A stretch of DNA of 63,923 nt, filler included, from Platydemus manokwari (lineage: Eukaryota): the NCBI GenBank assembly GCA_037951405.1. It is 6 parts of 6 records of this genome, joined end to end, with 100 filler letters (N's around TTAATTAATTAA, not from the genome) between each part and the next. Parts side by side here need not be neighbours in the genome. Positions count along the whole stretch, not along the records: positions 28,069 to 40,234 come from JBBMOY010276670.1; positions 40,335 to 53,423 come from JBBMOY011844723.1; positions 53,524 to 63,923 come from JBBMOY011136995.1; 3 more parts are not named here. One strand, 5' to 3'. The notes under the pieces were generated by a model. That model saw only the letters and a program-made list of their open reading frames with translations, searched no databases and was not told the DNA's origin. The position numbers and the translations under genes are program-made. Shown here one piece after another: positions 39,078-53,650 of this stretch. Position 1 is the first letter of the stretch. Each line of letters starts with the position of its first letter.

Positions 39078-40234
39078 ATGGTTTATTGGTGGTTGTATTT
39101 TAACTGGTCCTAAGTGGCTTCAATAACGGGAATGGAGACCTCGCTATTGGAAAATTAAATATTAGTATAATCTAAAGGCCTTAATCAATTGCTGACTGAG
39201 TCTTTCGCGATGATACCCAACTCTGACTTTTGATCTCTGTAAAATTAAATCAATCAATTTTCCTCAATGAAATCGATCGATCTATAATATTACAAACTAC
39301 ACTATTACAAAGCTAATGATTCTAACTTGTTATTTATTATTATCAACCCAGACGAACACAATTATATCGTTGATGGATATGAGTTATTATCCGTTATTAT
39401 TAAATCAGATGAACACGCTAATGATTTTGAATTATTATCTTTTATTAGATCACACTCACAAAATAATGCTTTCGAATAAAATGTATTTTGGAAATGAAAA
39501 ACAATCAACACAGTACGAAAAATTTAACAATGAAAATGTAGTTTAAATGGCCGGAACGTTGCCTAGGCAAGTAACCAGCGAAATCCGAAGCGGACGGAGG
39601 AAATATAAGCAGAATGAAGAGGAGAGATTTTTGGCAAACAGTAATGGTTAAATCATACAAATTATCAATGTTAATAATAGGCTTTTTAATTTAATAATTT
39701 ACGATTACTTAAATATTACTCAAATGAGAGAAATGACAGCTAAAATGAAACAATTCTTACTCCGATATAGAAATAACTCCTCTGAAACAAATAAATCCTT
39801 GAATTGAATAAAAGCAAATAGATACTTAGATTGAATGAAATTTGCTTCCGATTATCTTCCTAGTTTATTCCACTGCTTGCTCCGCTTTGGTTTAGTGAAA
39901 TACTTATAATTTTAGCTGATATCAATATTTTCTTTACTCGTGGTAATTGTGGCAGCTAGCTGTGTTTTCAGATCAGTATTTATACTTCGCTGTGCCAGCC
40001 CCCACCTTCTATTTTCGGTAACACTGTTACCGCCGACAAATAAATTTGCATTTGTCGTCATTCTTCACATATTTGTTTGGATCAATTCGTGTACTTTTAT
40101 CGATATTTTCTTTATTATTTATTTTTATTTATTATTTTTTATTTTTATTTATTCTTCCTTATTAAATATTCATTTTTATTTTTTATATTATATTCATTAT
40201 TTAATTTCTTTATAAATATTATATTCATTATTTG

Positions 40235-40334
40235 NNNNNNNNNNNNNNNNNNNNNNNNNNNNNNNNNNNNNNNNNNNNTTAATTAATTAANNNNNNNNNN
40301 NNNNNNNNNNNNNNNNNNNNNNNNNNNNNNNNNN
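40235..40334. other. Artificial contig spacer
   Basis: Same 100-bp spacer. Confidence 0.97.
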
Positions 40335-42159
40335 GATCGGAATGAGGGTTGGGAATTTTTTCGAGGATTCACGTTTGCCATTCGTCGCTTGCGTGCGCTT
40401 TTTCTACGCCTAGTCTCGAGAATATATATTTATATTTTATGAATTTAAAAATGATTAAAAATATGTACAGCGATAACCGTATAGTACCCATAATTTTATG
40501 ATTATAACGGAAACCCTAATTCTATTAACGTAGTCTTAACAATAATATTTGTTTATAATTAGATTATAGGGAATTTATTCTATATTTTAAATTAATGTCT
40601 ATTAATGCTTCTAGCAGAAGTAAATATGTGTGGACCACTCTAAAAGCATATGATAATATAATTCCCGACGAACATTTCGAAAAATAATTAATAGCTGGAA
40701 TATTTATGATTAATGAAATTCGTCATTAAACCAAATTCTTGATTTATCAAAGTAACCAATTTCCAATAAATCTTATTAGTCGACAGAAAGTTGATGCCCC
40801 ATGGTTCCGCTGTACAACGTAAATATCTTGAATGACTATATCGTCCATATTGAATGACTATTATTTTGAAATTCTTGACAGAATCATACAATTCGTTTGA
40901 CTTCAACATCATAGTGGGTTTATAATCAAAATGCTTTACCAGTGACATTTATCCCGCTACTCGTCACAATTTATAATAAATTTATAAATTAAATGCTCAC
41001 CTTGACGTCTGAATAACATTTATATTAGCTCTATGACTGATTTATAATATTTTTTTTCCTTTAATATACATAAACTTGGATAGTAGCCGTTGTCAAATAC
41101 CTTTTCAACACTTACAATTCAGTATAGATCCGAATCCCAGTGAAATCTCGAAGCATAAATTAAGCATTTTTCCAAAACTGTCGAGTAAACAAGATAATTT
41201 ATATTGACAGTAACTTTAATTTTGATAAACAAAAACATGTACACAGCTTTGGCCAAGATATTGAAAAAGCAAAAGTGCAGAGATTGAATAAATATTTTGC
41301 AAAATGAGCCGAGATCGACTAATATTTATTAAGAGCTCAACAACCAAACATCATTTTCAGATCCTCAGCTCCAAGGGATTCGTGTCCGGTTATTGTTGAC
41401 ACACAATGGGGTTATTAAAGGTATACAAAATTACAACCGTCGATTCGTACGCTTATATACTTAGATAAATAAATCGCAGAATTATTGTGATCACCGTACA
41501 TCTTTCGAGATTTCTTTCCATCAAATTGTGTTTTCCTTTACTAGGTTATTTAACTAAAAAACCATTATTGTTAATCACCTTTTTTAAAGTAAATAGGTGA
41601 ATAATTTCTTCGCTATAAAGCAATTAAACTGTTGATTTTTTCTCCATATAGAAGATAAACAAATGTATTGGATAATTTCTAAAGAGATTATTCATTTAAA
41701 ATATAAATGATAACAATTTTCGAAATTTGAGCCGCAAGATAGAAACTAGTGTTGTGTAAAATCTGTAAGATATTTTACATTTTTCTTTGGGAAATATTTG
41801 ATTCTTTTCGTCATGTATCTCAATTTAAATGCAAATATTTTATGACGACAAACTGAGCAAGAAGTTTGTAGAGAAATGAGAACAAATTATTCAAATCCAA
41901 TCCCATTAAATCCATATCATATTTTCAATTTCATATCATAGTATTGACAATAAATTTGAAATTTGACTTTGTTTCGTTCAATATTTTACATAAATAATTG
42001 CAAAAATCTGCTCATTACCAAACCATGTTCTATAAGAATGTATCAAATTTAATGTTAAAATTTCTCAAACATTTTCATAATTTTAGCTTAACATTTTATT
42101 GAATAATTTAAAAATTTCCCATGTAATTTTGAAGCACAAATTAATATTGAACTTGATAG

Positions 42160-42305
42160 CGGTTTGTGGTGGAGAAATCCATGCTTCCGAAGGTCGAATT
42201 ATCAGTCCAAATTATCCAGAAAACTACAAATCCAATAAGCAATGTATTTGGAAAATCACCGTTCCAGTTGGGTATTCAATAGCTTTAAAATTTGAATCAT
42301 TCAAA
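42160..42305 (+). CDS. Tolloid/BMP1-like metalloprotease exon, first half of a CUB domain
   Basis: AG|...|GTAAG bounded: [49 protein letters not shown], closely resembling CUB2 of BMP1/tolloid. Confidence 0.9.
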
Positions 42306-45300
42306 GTAAGATTTAATAAATTTGCACTTTTATATTCCATATTTTGTCCAGAAGTAATAAAATCGTAATATCGTAAAATATTGTAAACGTTTGATTTGAT
42401 AATTGATTCATTTAAACATTGATGTCGAGATTTTTAACATATTAAAAAAAAATTTCACCATGGACTTATCGTCAAATGTTTTAAATATAGTATTTAATGT
42501 CTTTGAATAAAATAAATAAATATTAATGTTTTGTCAAGAACATTATTTTTGAAGTTATCGACCTTAAATTGTTTATTTCAATTAATGTTTCATTTATAAT
42601 ATTTTCTTATTAAGGTTTTATATGAGGTATGTACGCTCTTGCTTAAAAATATTGATACCGATAACAATATTTTTGTATTATATGCTTAAATATTCCCAAA
42701 CAACCTACTCATTTTAAAATATTAAATGTTATTTTCTGTCCAATACATTATTTGTGTATTACAAATTATGTACTGAAGTGTGTACTGTGTGTATGACGTA
42801 ATTATTTTCCGTTTTATAAGTGAAATTCGACACAATAAATAAAAGTATGACGCCAATTGCATTGTGGTATTTGACTGCAAATGATTAATTCAATACTTAG
42901 TAAAATTAAGATGAACTTTATTTTAACGATCTCTTATATTTTGAAGTATATTTTGTTTTCTTATATTCAATTTCATTTATAATTTAATATCATTTTAAAT
43001 AGTATACAATTTAATAAATGATTTTTGTTTCGTTTCACTCTAAGTATTATTCGAAAATTTATATTACAAAATATTCGATAAATCAAGAAATTCGTTATCC
43101 ATAGATTTCCTTATCGATATTTGTTTCGGAAGACAAGCCATATTTGTTATAAGCCAAGGTTGTAACAATCTCTTTTCTTGTTTATTTGTATTTAGTTGTC
43201 GATCATTATTAACATATCTATTTGTCTGTTTTAAATTAGTGCTTATTTTCTACGATTTAATTATTATAAATAAAATCACCTTCATTTAAAAGATTTTTAT
43301 AAAATATCCAGCTAATTGAAATAATTATTTTCATGTTATTGGTGTTTTATGAGTTCAAAAACAACGAAATGTTCTTTATTGGGTTTTGAAATTTAAGTGG
43401 AAATTATAATCAGAGATGATTTTCTGTTATTTTCCTTAATGAAATTTGGCAACTGTTTGTCTGCAAATATTTAGTTTTGATATTAAACAGTCCAACTTGA
43501 CATGTGGGTGTTTATAAAGTTAATATTGATATACTTTGTCCAACTGTTAAGTAAAGACTTTTCAACTCGATACACCACAATCAGCAAGCTATGCTGAATA
43601 AGTGTATCCATGCATTTCATTAATTTATACAAAATTATTTTGGCTAGTGATTTTTGGCATTGCTGTTGAAAGTAATAAACCAAAAAATGATTTATAAATT
43701 AATAATTAATATGATAAATATCACGAAAGGACATAAATAAAATATTTGAAGTATAGAGGCTAACGAATGTCGAAATTTTCAAGAACTCATCAATGTACTT
43801 TGAAAAATTGGTATTGTTTTATTTGGTTTATTTAAGCTTTGAATTTTTAGGGACTTCAAATGCATGGGTGGATGGAATAAATATTTTATTGGATAAACGT
43901 TAAATACACCACGATAAGACTGGGTTATCGGTGAATTTTCGGTGGAGATGTTGGTTGAAAGCATGTTTGAAGGATAGCCTATAAATGATTTTAATTTTAC
44001 AAACAAATTAGATACTCACTTTAAAATTTCTCAAATACATAACGTCCAAAAACTGGGACGGTAAAAATCACTTTGCAATCTTCATTTAAAATGTTAGCTG
44101 CTACTATTTCATGGAATATAAATTGAAAACGAATTAAAGAACTTGAAGCCACAAAAGTATATTTAATCAAAAATATTAAGACAAATTAAATAGATAATGT
44201 ATATGTTTTAATATAAGTATATTATAATTTAAAATGATTATTTAAACAATTGTTGATTTTAAAATCCTCACATTATCCTTTTTCAAATCTTTGATTTTCT
44301 TCAAATTTCTTGTAATCGTATTCTCGATTTATTTTCTAAATCTCTATCTGAAATTCTCTTTAAAATCTATTGATCTATGTGAAATCTTTATTTATTATAT
44401 CTTCTACTTTACTTATTCTCTTCCACGATCTTCATATTAGCTGCTATTACTTAATGAAATATGAATTGATAATAAATCTGAGAATTTCAAAAGCCAAAAG
44501 CATAATTTATCAAATTATTCAATCGAATTAAATTGATCATTTATATATTTAATATCAGTATATTTTTTATTTAAAATGATCATTCAAATATTAATTGATT
44601 TTGAAATCTCCACGTGAAATAAGATAAGTTAGACAGAAAAACATTGGTTAAAAATATTCTGAAATAGAACCACTGAATTTGCATGATTATTATCGATTTT
44701 TGAAAGGAGTAACAAAATTATCGTGTGTGCATTTCAAGATAAGTTGATATTGTTCTTGTTGGTTTATTTACGGCGATCGAGACAGCTTTGTTATCACGCT
44801 TAAAATAATTTTTTTCAAAACGTTTCCTTTGACGGTGAGGTTTGGAAATAGATTACAAGAAATTTATTTCATTTTATGTTGTAAGTTCTGTTCTCAAGGT
44901 TTTATCTGAGGTCCTCAAAGTACTTCAATATTCAATATGATAGAAATAGTAATCTATTTATTAAAGAATAAATCCAATTTCATAAATACCAATAGGAAAT
45001 TATTTCATCGCTCAAAATGATTATTTTATGTCTAATTATAATATCCGTTTAATGTAATTAATGTGGTCATACTTAAAATAATTTCACTCATTTTAACTGC
45101 TATTATTGTGTACTCTATATTAATAAGTAGACTATTATTGACAGTTTTTTTCTAAATGACTGTTATTATTTTATTCGATACAATATTTTATCATATTTTG
45201 ATTTTATTTAACTCCTTAGTATGATTGCAATTATAAATATTTGCATGTGATTATATTGAAATATAAATCTAATTTTACAAAAATTATTCCCTCATATTAA

Positions 45301-46103
45301 AAATGAATATAATGTTATAAATAATATTATAACCAATTGAAAATCTCTCGAAACTAAAAATTTTGGGGTTAACTTGATAATAAAGAAAACTAACTTATTC
45401 AAGTGGTTTTCAAAATATTTATTACATCACGTCTCTCATCAACGGAAAGCCTCTTGGTAATATTTAAAATGAAAGATATTTAGAAAGATAGGCAGAATAT
45501 TAGGACAACATTGATAAATTTGATGAAATTTTTTTTAATTTAATGAATGGAATTTTTCATTTTGATTATCTCTTATATAAACTATTTAGATATACTGAAT
45601 TTAATACGAAACCTAATTTGGATTACAATTTTTTATAGTGTTGAAAATTTAAATTCTGCTAATGTTATCTTAAATTAAACTCTATCATATGATTGGATTT
45701 TTCGATGGTCAAAATAAGATTTGGTATTCAGTTGATAGCTGATTGTTCTTTGTGGTTTGTGATAAGGTTTTTTTTGCGAATTAGATAATATTTTCTCTAC
45801 TCAATTCAGTGAACCAAAATTATTTATATTTATAAAAAACAATTATAAATATAAACCATTAAATAAAATGAGATTACTCAAAATAAATTACAAGTAATTT
45901 ATTATAATGAGTGAAAATAGATTTTTCTGTTAGTATTAAATTAAGCAGGTTTAATTGTATGGTAGAAATTATATTGTAGAATTTATATTTATCATCTTCA
46001 ATGCCAATGACAATAAGTATGCTGAGTAACAATAAAAGTGGCATTGATGTATAAATCTGAAATTGATTTCAATCGTTGCTTATTAACTTTTTTGTCATTT
46101 TAG

Positions 46104-46299
46104 ATTGAAAAGCATGATACGTGTGTTTATGATTTTCTGGAAATTCGGGATGGAGAAGATGAACAAAAGAGGTTATTGACAAAAATTTGTGGTTATCAAA
46201 TACCAGGTCCAATCAAAACATCTAATAATCATATGTATATAAAATTCATGTCAGACAGCTCCGTTGAAAAACAAGGATTTACGGCAATATTTCAAAAAG
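46104..46299 (+). CDS. Tolloid/BMP1-like metalloprotease exon, second half of the CUB domain
   Basis: TTTTAG acceptor, phase 0 with the previous exon: IEKHDTCVYDFLEIRDG...ICGYQIPGPIKTSNNHMYIKFMSDSSVEKQGFTAIFQK, ending in a phase-1 donor. Confidence 0.9.
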
Positions 46300-46791
46300 G
46301 TTATTTTTTCATCATTTCCTATATTATTCAATTTTTTCATTTTGTTATTAACTACCAATTGAATACCTCTTCGAAATGACATACTTAATCCAAGCAATCT
46401 TTATTTTAAGTAGTATCTGTCAAAATTTAAATGTAAAAAAACCGCTGAGCAAGCTGTTATATAAATGATAAATATTAGTTTTTAAAAGAATTACACACAC
46501 ACACTTTAAATTTAAAATTAATCAAGAAGTACATTATTTGAACCTCTAAAAATATTATTTTGAATGATTAGAAAATTTCTTTGAATAATCCACGCTAAGG
46601 AATATGTTTTACTGGATATTGCAATGAATAATTTGAATCATGTGAATGATATACTTGTCGCTAACAAGCTGACCACCAATTTGGATATGATTCTGAAAAT
46701 TGTATATACGGAAAGATGAGAAGACTAAATAGAGATTTATCGATAAATATGCGAATTGAAAATGAATTCGATATATGAAAATTGTTTAGAG

Positions 46792-47139
46792 CAGTGTTAT
46801 TCAAAAGTGAAAGCTCAACCCACTAGTGGGTTGTAAATAATCTTTTGGGGTTCGAGAGAAATTTCATTTCGTCACTGATTTATATTAAGACAAAGTATCG
46901 ATCGAATTTTAAAGATCTGGAATTAGTACTGAGGTCAGCAATCACCGAAACAACAAATATTTGTTGTTTTATGCCAGAATATCCATATTTTTTGTTATTA
47001 TTTTTTTATATTTTTTGGTGCTAAACAAAATTCTTTTTAAAAAAGATTTACTTTATTATTTTTATTTTAGTCCTGAGGTGTCATGAAAGAATTTGGACTC
47101 ATAAATTGGGTGGCAACATAAAAAGTGTAAAGGCCACTG
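46792..47139. mobile_element. hAT/Charlie-like MITE in the tolloid intron
   Basis: CAGTG...CACTG termini; imperfect 8-bp TSD GTTTAGAG/GTTTAAAT; internal AACCCACTAGTGGGTT palindrome. Confidence 0.55.
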
Positions 47140-47532
47140 GTTTAAATGATAGCTGAATAATTTCCTTATTATTACAAATGCAGTATAATAATTTGTTCCA
47201 CAACTAAGATCAAGCGTTATTGACCTGAAAATGATGTGTAACACAAAATAAATCAGAACGTATTGTTTAAAATGTGATATTTCATATAAAAATATTCCAT
47301 TAAAATAAACTAAATTTAGTGGTCACCGACTGAGACGGAAGAAATGAATGGATAAAATAGTTCAGTATCTGTTATCACTCGGAATTTATAATATTTTCAA
47401 ATAAACCGCTATATAAATGACCAAAGATTTTGAAAATATAAAAATTTTCCAATCACAACTCAAGCGGCTCTCTCTAGGTGGTGACAAGGTTTTGGATTTC
47501 AAGATTTTATGGTAAATTTGTTTTTTTTTAAA

Positions 47533-47533
<1 letters not shown>

Positions 47534-47576
<43 letters not shown>
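47534..47576. repeat. (TA)n(GA)n compound microsatellite
   Basis: Directly visible. Confidence 0.9.
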
Positions 47577-47577
<1 letters not shown>

Positions 47578-50500
47578 ATATTCCAATGAAACACTCAATT
47601 GATAAAATCAATATATTAATCAAATCAATAATTTATCAATAAATATTTGATATTTTCGAATCATTACTTCTATCAGAATTATAGGCTTGGTTTCATCAAA
47701 GGAACATTATGAACAATAATTCCAACGTTGCAATAATGTGAAACTCGAAATTTCACCAATATTAATACGGGACACACAATTCCAATGTAAATATTCCCCT
47801 CCCCGTTCTTGTCATAGTGGGAAAACATCTAACAATGCTTTCAACAGATTTATTAGTATAACTATTGATTTTTTGTGAAAAAAAAATAAAGATTTACATA
47901 AAATAATATTAGACAATAATGCGTGCCAACTTTGTGGTTGAAGAAAACAATGATCAGCAATTATTAATTACAAAATCATAATTTCTGTTTATATTGAATA
48001 TCAATAAAATATATTGACATTGAAAATATCAATAAATTATCAAGAACTCACTTTAATATTTAAATCTGGAACTTTTATTTCTAATTTGAAATAGGCAGCT
48101 CCGTTTGATGTTGCCACTGAACTGCCATAGTGACTTCCATCGAGACTTATCGACAAACCAGAATCACTGTCACAAACGCTCATTAAAAATATTCTTTCAA
48201 TTAATCTCTAAATATATCTTAAATCAATACATGTATTGATTTCAAAATACCAATTTGCAACGACTGAATAAATTTTCGAATTTATTTGAATATAAATATG
48301 ATGTGGGTAGTTATTTAAAACAATTAAAACATTTTTCAAATTTTCATTTAACTTTTTGAAATTGTGAACATTCATTTCGAAATATCTAACTTTAAATATA
48401 AAAATTTTAAAGTAAAAATTTTTCATTAACCGAAAAATTAATATTTTTTGAAATAAAATTAAGAATCTAAGAGCTCAAATTAATTTTTAAGAATAAACGT
48501 AATATATAAACATCAAATTCTAATTCTTTTTTAAAAAAGTCTAAGTTAAATTAAGCACTCGAAGTTTTTATTTAAATGTCTTGCACAATAAGAGGGTTCC
48601 CGTATAAAAATAAGCCGAGATATTCAATATTTAGAATATGATCATTGTCATCTATATATCAAATTCTATAAAGAAACCCAGTAAAATGATTTTACCGTCT
48701 TATCGAACATTAAAATTTATCAAAAATTTTAAATTTCGTTATTTTAACTTTCGTTGCTTATCAAAGAAACTCTTTGTTGAGTTTCAACGAGCTTCATAAT
48801 ATTTATCCAAAGCTTTGTTTAGATAGTTTATCAAAATATGCAAAAAATCATGTGCGCAGTAAGCATGTATACGAAGTTGTGATAGTTCCAACATTTGTGT
48901 AATATTATTGCCATCATTCACCAGTTTTTGTGTAAAATAAAGGTTGAATTGTTGTACAAAGAAAATGTCGAACTGAAATTGATAGGTCGAAATCAAACAA
49001 TAATTGATTTGACAATAAATTTACGAGCGATACAATTGAATTATAATAAGACTTGAAGGAATCCTACTACCATGTGCTTAGTAGTATTTGATGTGACGTA
49101 TTAAGATAATTCAAACCAGCATAAACTCGTTGAACGATCGGTAAGTTAAAATAGATATGATTAAAATCAGAAATATGGCGACTCCGTCAATGATCTGATT
49201 CCAATCAGAATAATAGGTTGGGTGTATAATTCGGATAATATAAAAATGGTAGAGCAATAAAATAATGTGGCAAAGAAATTAATACTTCTATTATAATATA
49301 AAATTATCAAATGTGTGATGCTAAAATGTTTAAAGATATTAGTGTTGTGCATTGAAAAAAATGAACAACCGACTTAGGGAACTAGGTACCGCCATACTTC
49401 GGACATAAAACCAAGGAAATGAATTTAGATGTTGCAAACTCTTTCGGTTTTACAAGTTAGTTTTTTAGCCCTGAAAATCTCATCGAGTTTTGCAAGGGGA
49501 CGATTGATTTAAGTTAATAGCAGTTACCATTGGCATAAAATGATCTGATTTGAATGAATTAAAAATGCTTGAATCTGATCGATAAATATAGTTACTATTA
49601 ATGCTAATCTGACGATTGGATGATGAAGTCTCAAAGCGAGATGGGTGAAAAATATCCTAAAATTTATATAGATAATTGAAAAATTTCCGCTGGGTGAAAA
49701 CTGTCCCAAGTAGAATACTGTTCGCGTACTGAACGAGAATGAATTTGAATATCGAATTCTGGTATTGAATTTTCGTAAAGAATTTTATACGCTGAAGTTT
49801 CGTGTTAAAGTTTTAGAGCATTTTCCCAATTTTTGGCTGGGTTTATATACCCAGTTTTTTCGTGGGAGTAATTACTATTCATATGTAATTTATTTTTATC
49901 CCATAGTGATTCAGTGTTACTAATACTTTCGCCTTAGCAATGTACTAAACACCATGGTGACGTGAATTAAATTTTTAAATTAACTTAGATACGCGAATTT
50001 TTAAAATTCTCGAATTAATTTTAAGGATTGATTATTCATGTTATTAATGTTGGTTGGGATATGGGTTGAAAATACCCAATAGACTTATATTTATAATAGT
50101 AACATCATACCGTTCTCCTTATTATCACATAAGAGTGGTTATTATTATTGTTGTTGCTGCTGGTATTATTATTATTACTAGAAATCCAAATAGATACGAA
50201 AATAGGAAAAATAAATTATGATAAATGAAAGTAGAAACATAAAACCTTAGAAACCTCTAAACAGTATTTTAAAAAATTCAATTCAATTCAATTCGAAAAG
50301 GAAACAAAAAGTTAAAACAAGTGATTACCGAAACTCCCATAGAAATGCCTCGAAATCATTCATCAAAATGATAACAACACACATATTAATTAAACCACTT
50401 ATCCAAGTGGCAAAATAAACATTCGAGAAATTATTTGGATTGCAACCCAAGGAAATCTAAATCAAGATTCGACCAAATTTAATTAAAATTTAATCAAAAT

Positions 50501-51937
50501 TACAACGAAAATTAGTCAGTGAATTATTGAACGGATTGCAGCAACTAAATATAAAACAGAATATTACCTAAAGAAATAGAGTAGTAGAATAAAAATAAAA
50601 TTCGATTCCCAAAGAGAATTTATATTCTCTTCCAAACAGTTAAGCCAAATTTCCTGAAAGATACAATGAGATTTTCCTCGACGAGAACCAAGTAAATATT
50701 AACTTTTATCTTAATTCTCGGGATTTGTTTTAATTGTATTCCAATTCATCTAAAGTTCAATCAAAAAAAATGGAATCTTTAAGTCTAACCACTTTTAGGT
50801 CTACTCAGACACCTGAGACTTCTTGAAGTCATAGACACTGGAGTCAGGTAAATGCCCGATAACATAGCTCTATCCAAATTGAATCCATAATAATGACAAA
50901 AGTAACTAAAACTCTTTGGTATTTGGTACCTATTTGTCGGGTATTCCACTATTGATTAAATATTTATTTAATTGTTGCTTACCATTATTTTATGCTTGTT
51001 ATTAAATTGTTCCTGAAAAATTGTGATTCTTTTATATAATTATATTTTGTTTATTATTGATATTTATGAATCTGCCTCAGTTACATTTAAGATAATCGAT
51101 TGCCGTATTTAACACCAATCATTTGAGTCAAATTGTACATGTATGTCAATGACCACATTTTTTCGTACTAATATTTATGTAATCCCAAAATTATGCTCTA
51201 TTTTGGGTTGTGGATATTTGAATGATATTTCCGTGGCAATCGACTTTACTATTATTATTGTCGGGTTACTAAACTACAATTTAAATCTAAAAAATTGTAT
51301 TAACTAAATAAAAAAAATGCTAAATTTTATATTTCAACATAAAAATTTTCGTTTCGAGGCGGTGGGATATCCTTCACCTCATTTTTAGTTTGTATGTTTC
51401 GTTGGCCTTCAGCAGTTGTCTTCCTTTTTAGGCAGAAGAATTTTCTTCATAATCCCGAGAGTACGGCAGTCCTGATTTTGGTCCGTGCCGGATAATTTTT
51501 GATTTCCTAGTTTTTTTTTCCTATAGTAAATTGCTAATATGTTTGAGGTATGTATGAAAATGTCATAAAGTCTCAATAATAAAAATAAAAAATCTTCATT
51601 TCACAAAGAAAATCATTCAAGATGGGATCAGCACTCGAAAGTCAAAAAACAGAATGCAGAGTAATCAAAAAGACTGATTACTGAAATCACACATAAGCTA
51701 TACACTGAAGTTACCGATCAAAAAAGACTGGTAAGAATCCATGGAATTCAACCTCTTTTACAGACCCATTTGGTGTGTTTGCTTGATGTCACGGATCTTC
51801 ATTTTCAATTCGCTAAATTTGCTTGTGGATCGATTTACTTGAGATTTTCCTTATATTTCTCGTGCCATTTGGCGGATATTTGAACTTGTTGTCGTTTGTA
51901 GGCATGTGCCTGTCGATTCTTAGCTTCTAAATATGGA

Positions 51938-52048
51938 TTAACATTAGGATGAATCTGATTGGTTAACGACACCTGTGTTTATCGGGTTTCCGCGCATTGA
52001 TCCTTTTTATGGTTTTCCCTTGATTCTTGTGACCCTTTTGATTGATTT
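51938..52048 (-). repeat. Interspersed repeat, inverted copy of 38966-39077
   Basis: Reverse complement aligns by eye with 38966-39077. Confidence 0.75.
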
Positions 52049-53423
52049 ACGATGTGCTTATTTTTTAATTTGTCGGTTTAATAATTCAATAACATTTTCG
52101 TCTGTTATGGTCGTACTCGGAGGAGCCTTGATTGTTGATTTTATTGATGGTTAGGTCCAATGGCGCCGTAACCACAAATATTTGGTGCTCAATTTCATGT
52201 AAATTAAGTTTTTAATCTCATTCTCGTTGAATGAGATTCAAATTAGAATTCTTATGGTGGAGAAAAATAATTAAATTGATTTTAACAATAAATGCATTTC
52301 CTTAGCTACTGGAACTTCGGAATAATACATTATTCTGGGCAAATTTCTCGATAAACGATTGTAAAGTAATTACAATGTTTCCTCGAGCAATATCAAATCG
52401 TTAAGTCGTAACAATAGTCCAGTGGCTAATTTGAGGAATATAATTCGATTGCCTTAGTTTTCTCAGTAAATGGATTGTTTAGAATTTCGCGTGGATCACG
52501 AATATTGTACTTCGCAAATTTTGATAGTTGATAGTAATTATTTAGAATTCGTAAAGGTCAATTTCATCTTAGGCTCATGCCTTACAAACTATTTTATAAT
52601 TGGTTACTTTCTTTGTGTTACATTTTAATTAATTATTAGAATTTTTTAATACTATTTTCACTGATTTATTTTCATTCTTACTATGTTTGGTAATTTTTCA
52701 ATTTTTATTGTAATTTATTTCATTTTATTTCTAGAATTTAATAATTAAAAATTTATTTTTGGATTAAAAAATATTATTTAATTCAGGGTGAGTCATTCTG
52801 CTATTTGGAAATATTTTTTATCCATTTTGATTATTATTATTTATTACAGGATTGTACTCAACATTGTGATAGTTACAATTATTATAATTATTAATGAGAA
52901 TTTCATTTTCCAAGAATTGTTGCAGATATACCGAGTGTCTATTTGTTGGGATAGCATGGAACGTCTTGTGCTCTATTCAGATAGTGAAGATAGCGAGTGT
53001 ACATACAGTGAGTGGAGACAGCAACAACAGCTGTCCCAGAAACAGCCGCAGCTACACAAAGCATCACAAGAAAACTCAACCATTAACGAGCGTTGACGAG
53101 TTCAAAAGACCAAAAACACCCCCAAGACAGAAACCCGAAAGACCCGGAACACCAACAGTTAAACCCGCGACAATAGTAATTAAACCCATGAAATCAGGGG
53201 AAACTTGGGCTACTCGAAGCTGGAGCGTGGATTTTGACGCTTGATGTCAGTGAAGATTCCCATCTGCGATCCAATCAATCCAATATTTTGACTTGATGTG
53301 ATTCTAATTTTGAACTGATATTTTATAATTGATGAACATTTTTATCTTGAACATTTTTGTTAATATTTGATCTAACATTAATGAACATTTTTGTAATTTA
53401 TTATTATCGTGAACATTTTTTGT

Positions 53424-53523
53424 NNNNNNNNNNNNNNNNNNNNNNNNNNNNNNNNNNNNNNNNNNNNTTAATTAATTAANNNNNNNNNNNNNNNNNNNNN
53501 NNNNNNNNNNNNNNNNNNNNNNN
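53424..53523. other. Artificial contig spacer
   Basis: Same 100-bp spacer. Confidence 0.97.
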
Positions 53524-53650
53524 ATGCAAAAATGTATAACTCAAATAAATTAAATTGTCATTTGAATTTAATAAGCATAAAATTAATAAATTGATTATAT
53601 AAAATATATTAATATTGAAAGTTATTTGAAATTCAATTTTTCGTTTAAGA

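Noticed and set aside
40335-40415. Helitron-like 3' end (GC-rich stretch followed by CTAGT)
   Set aside because: No convincing hairpin, and the sequence is truncated by the contig start.
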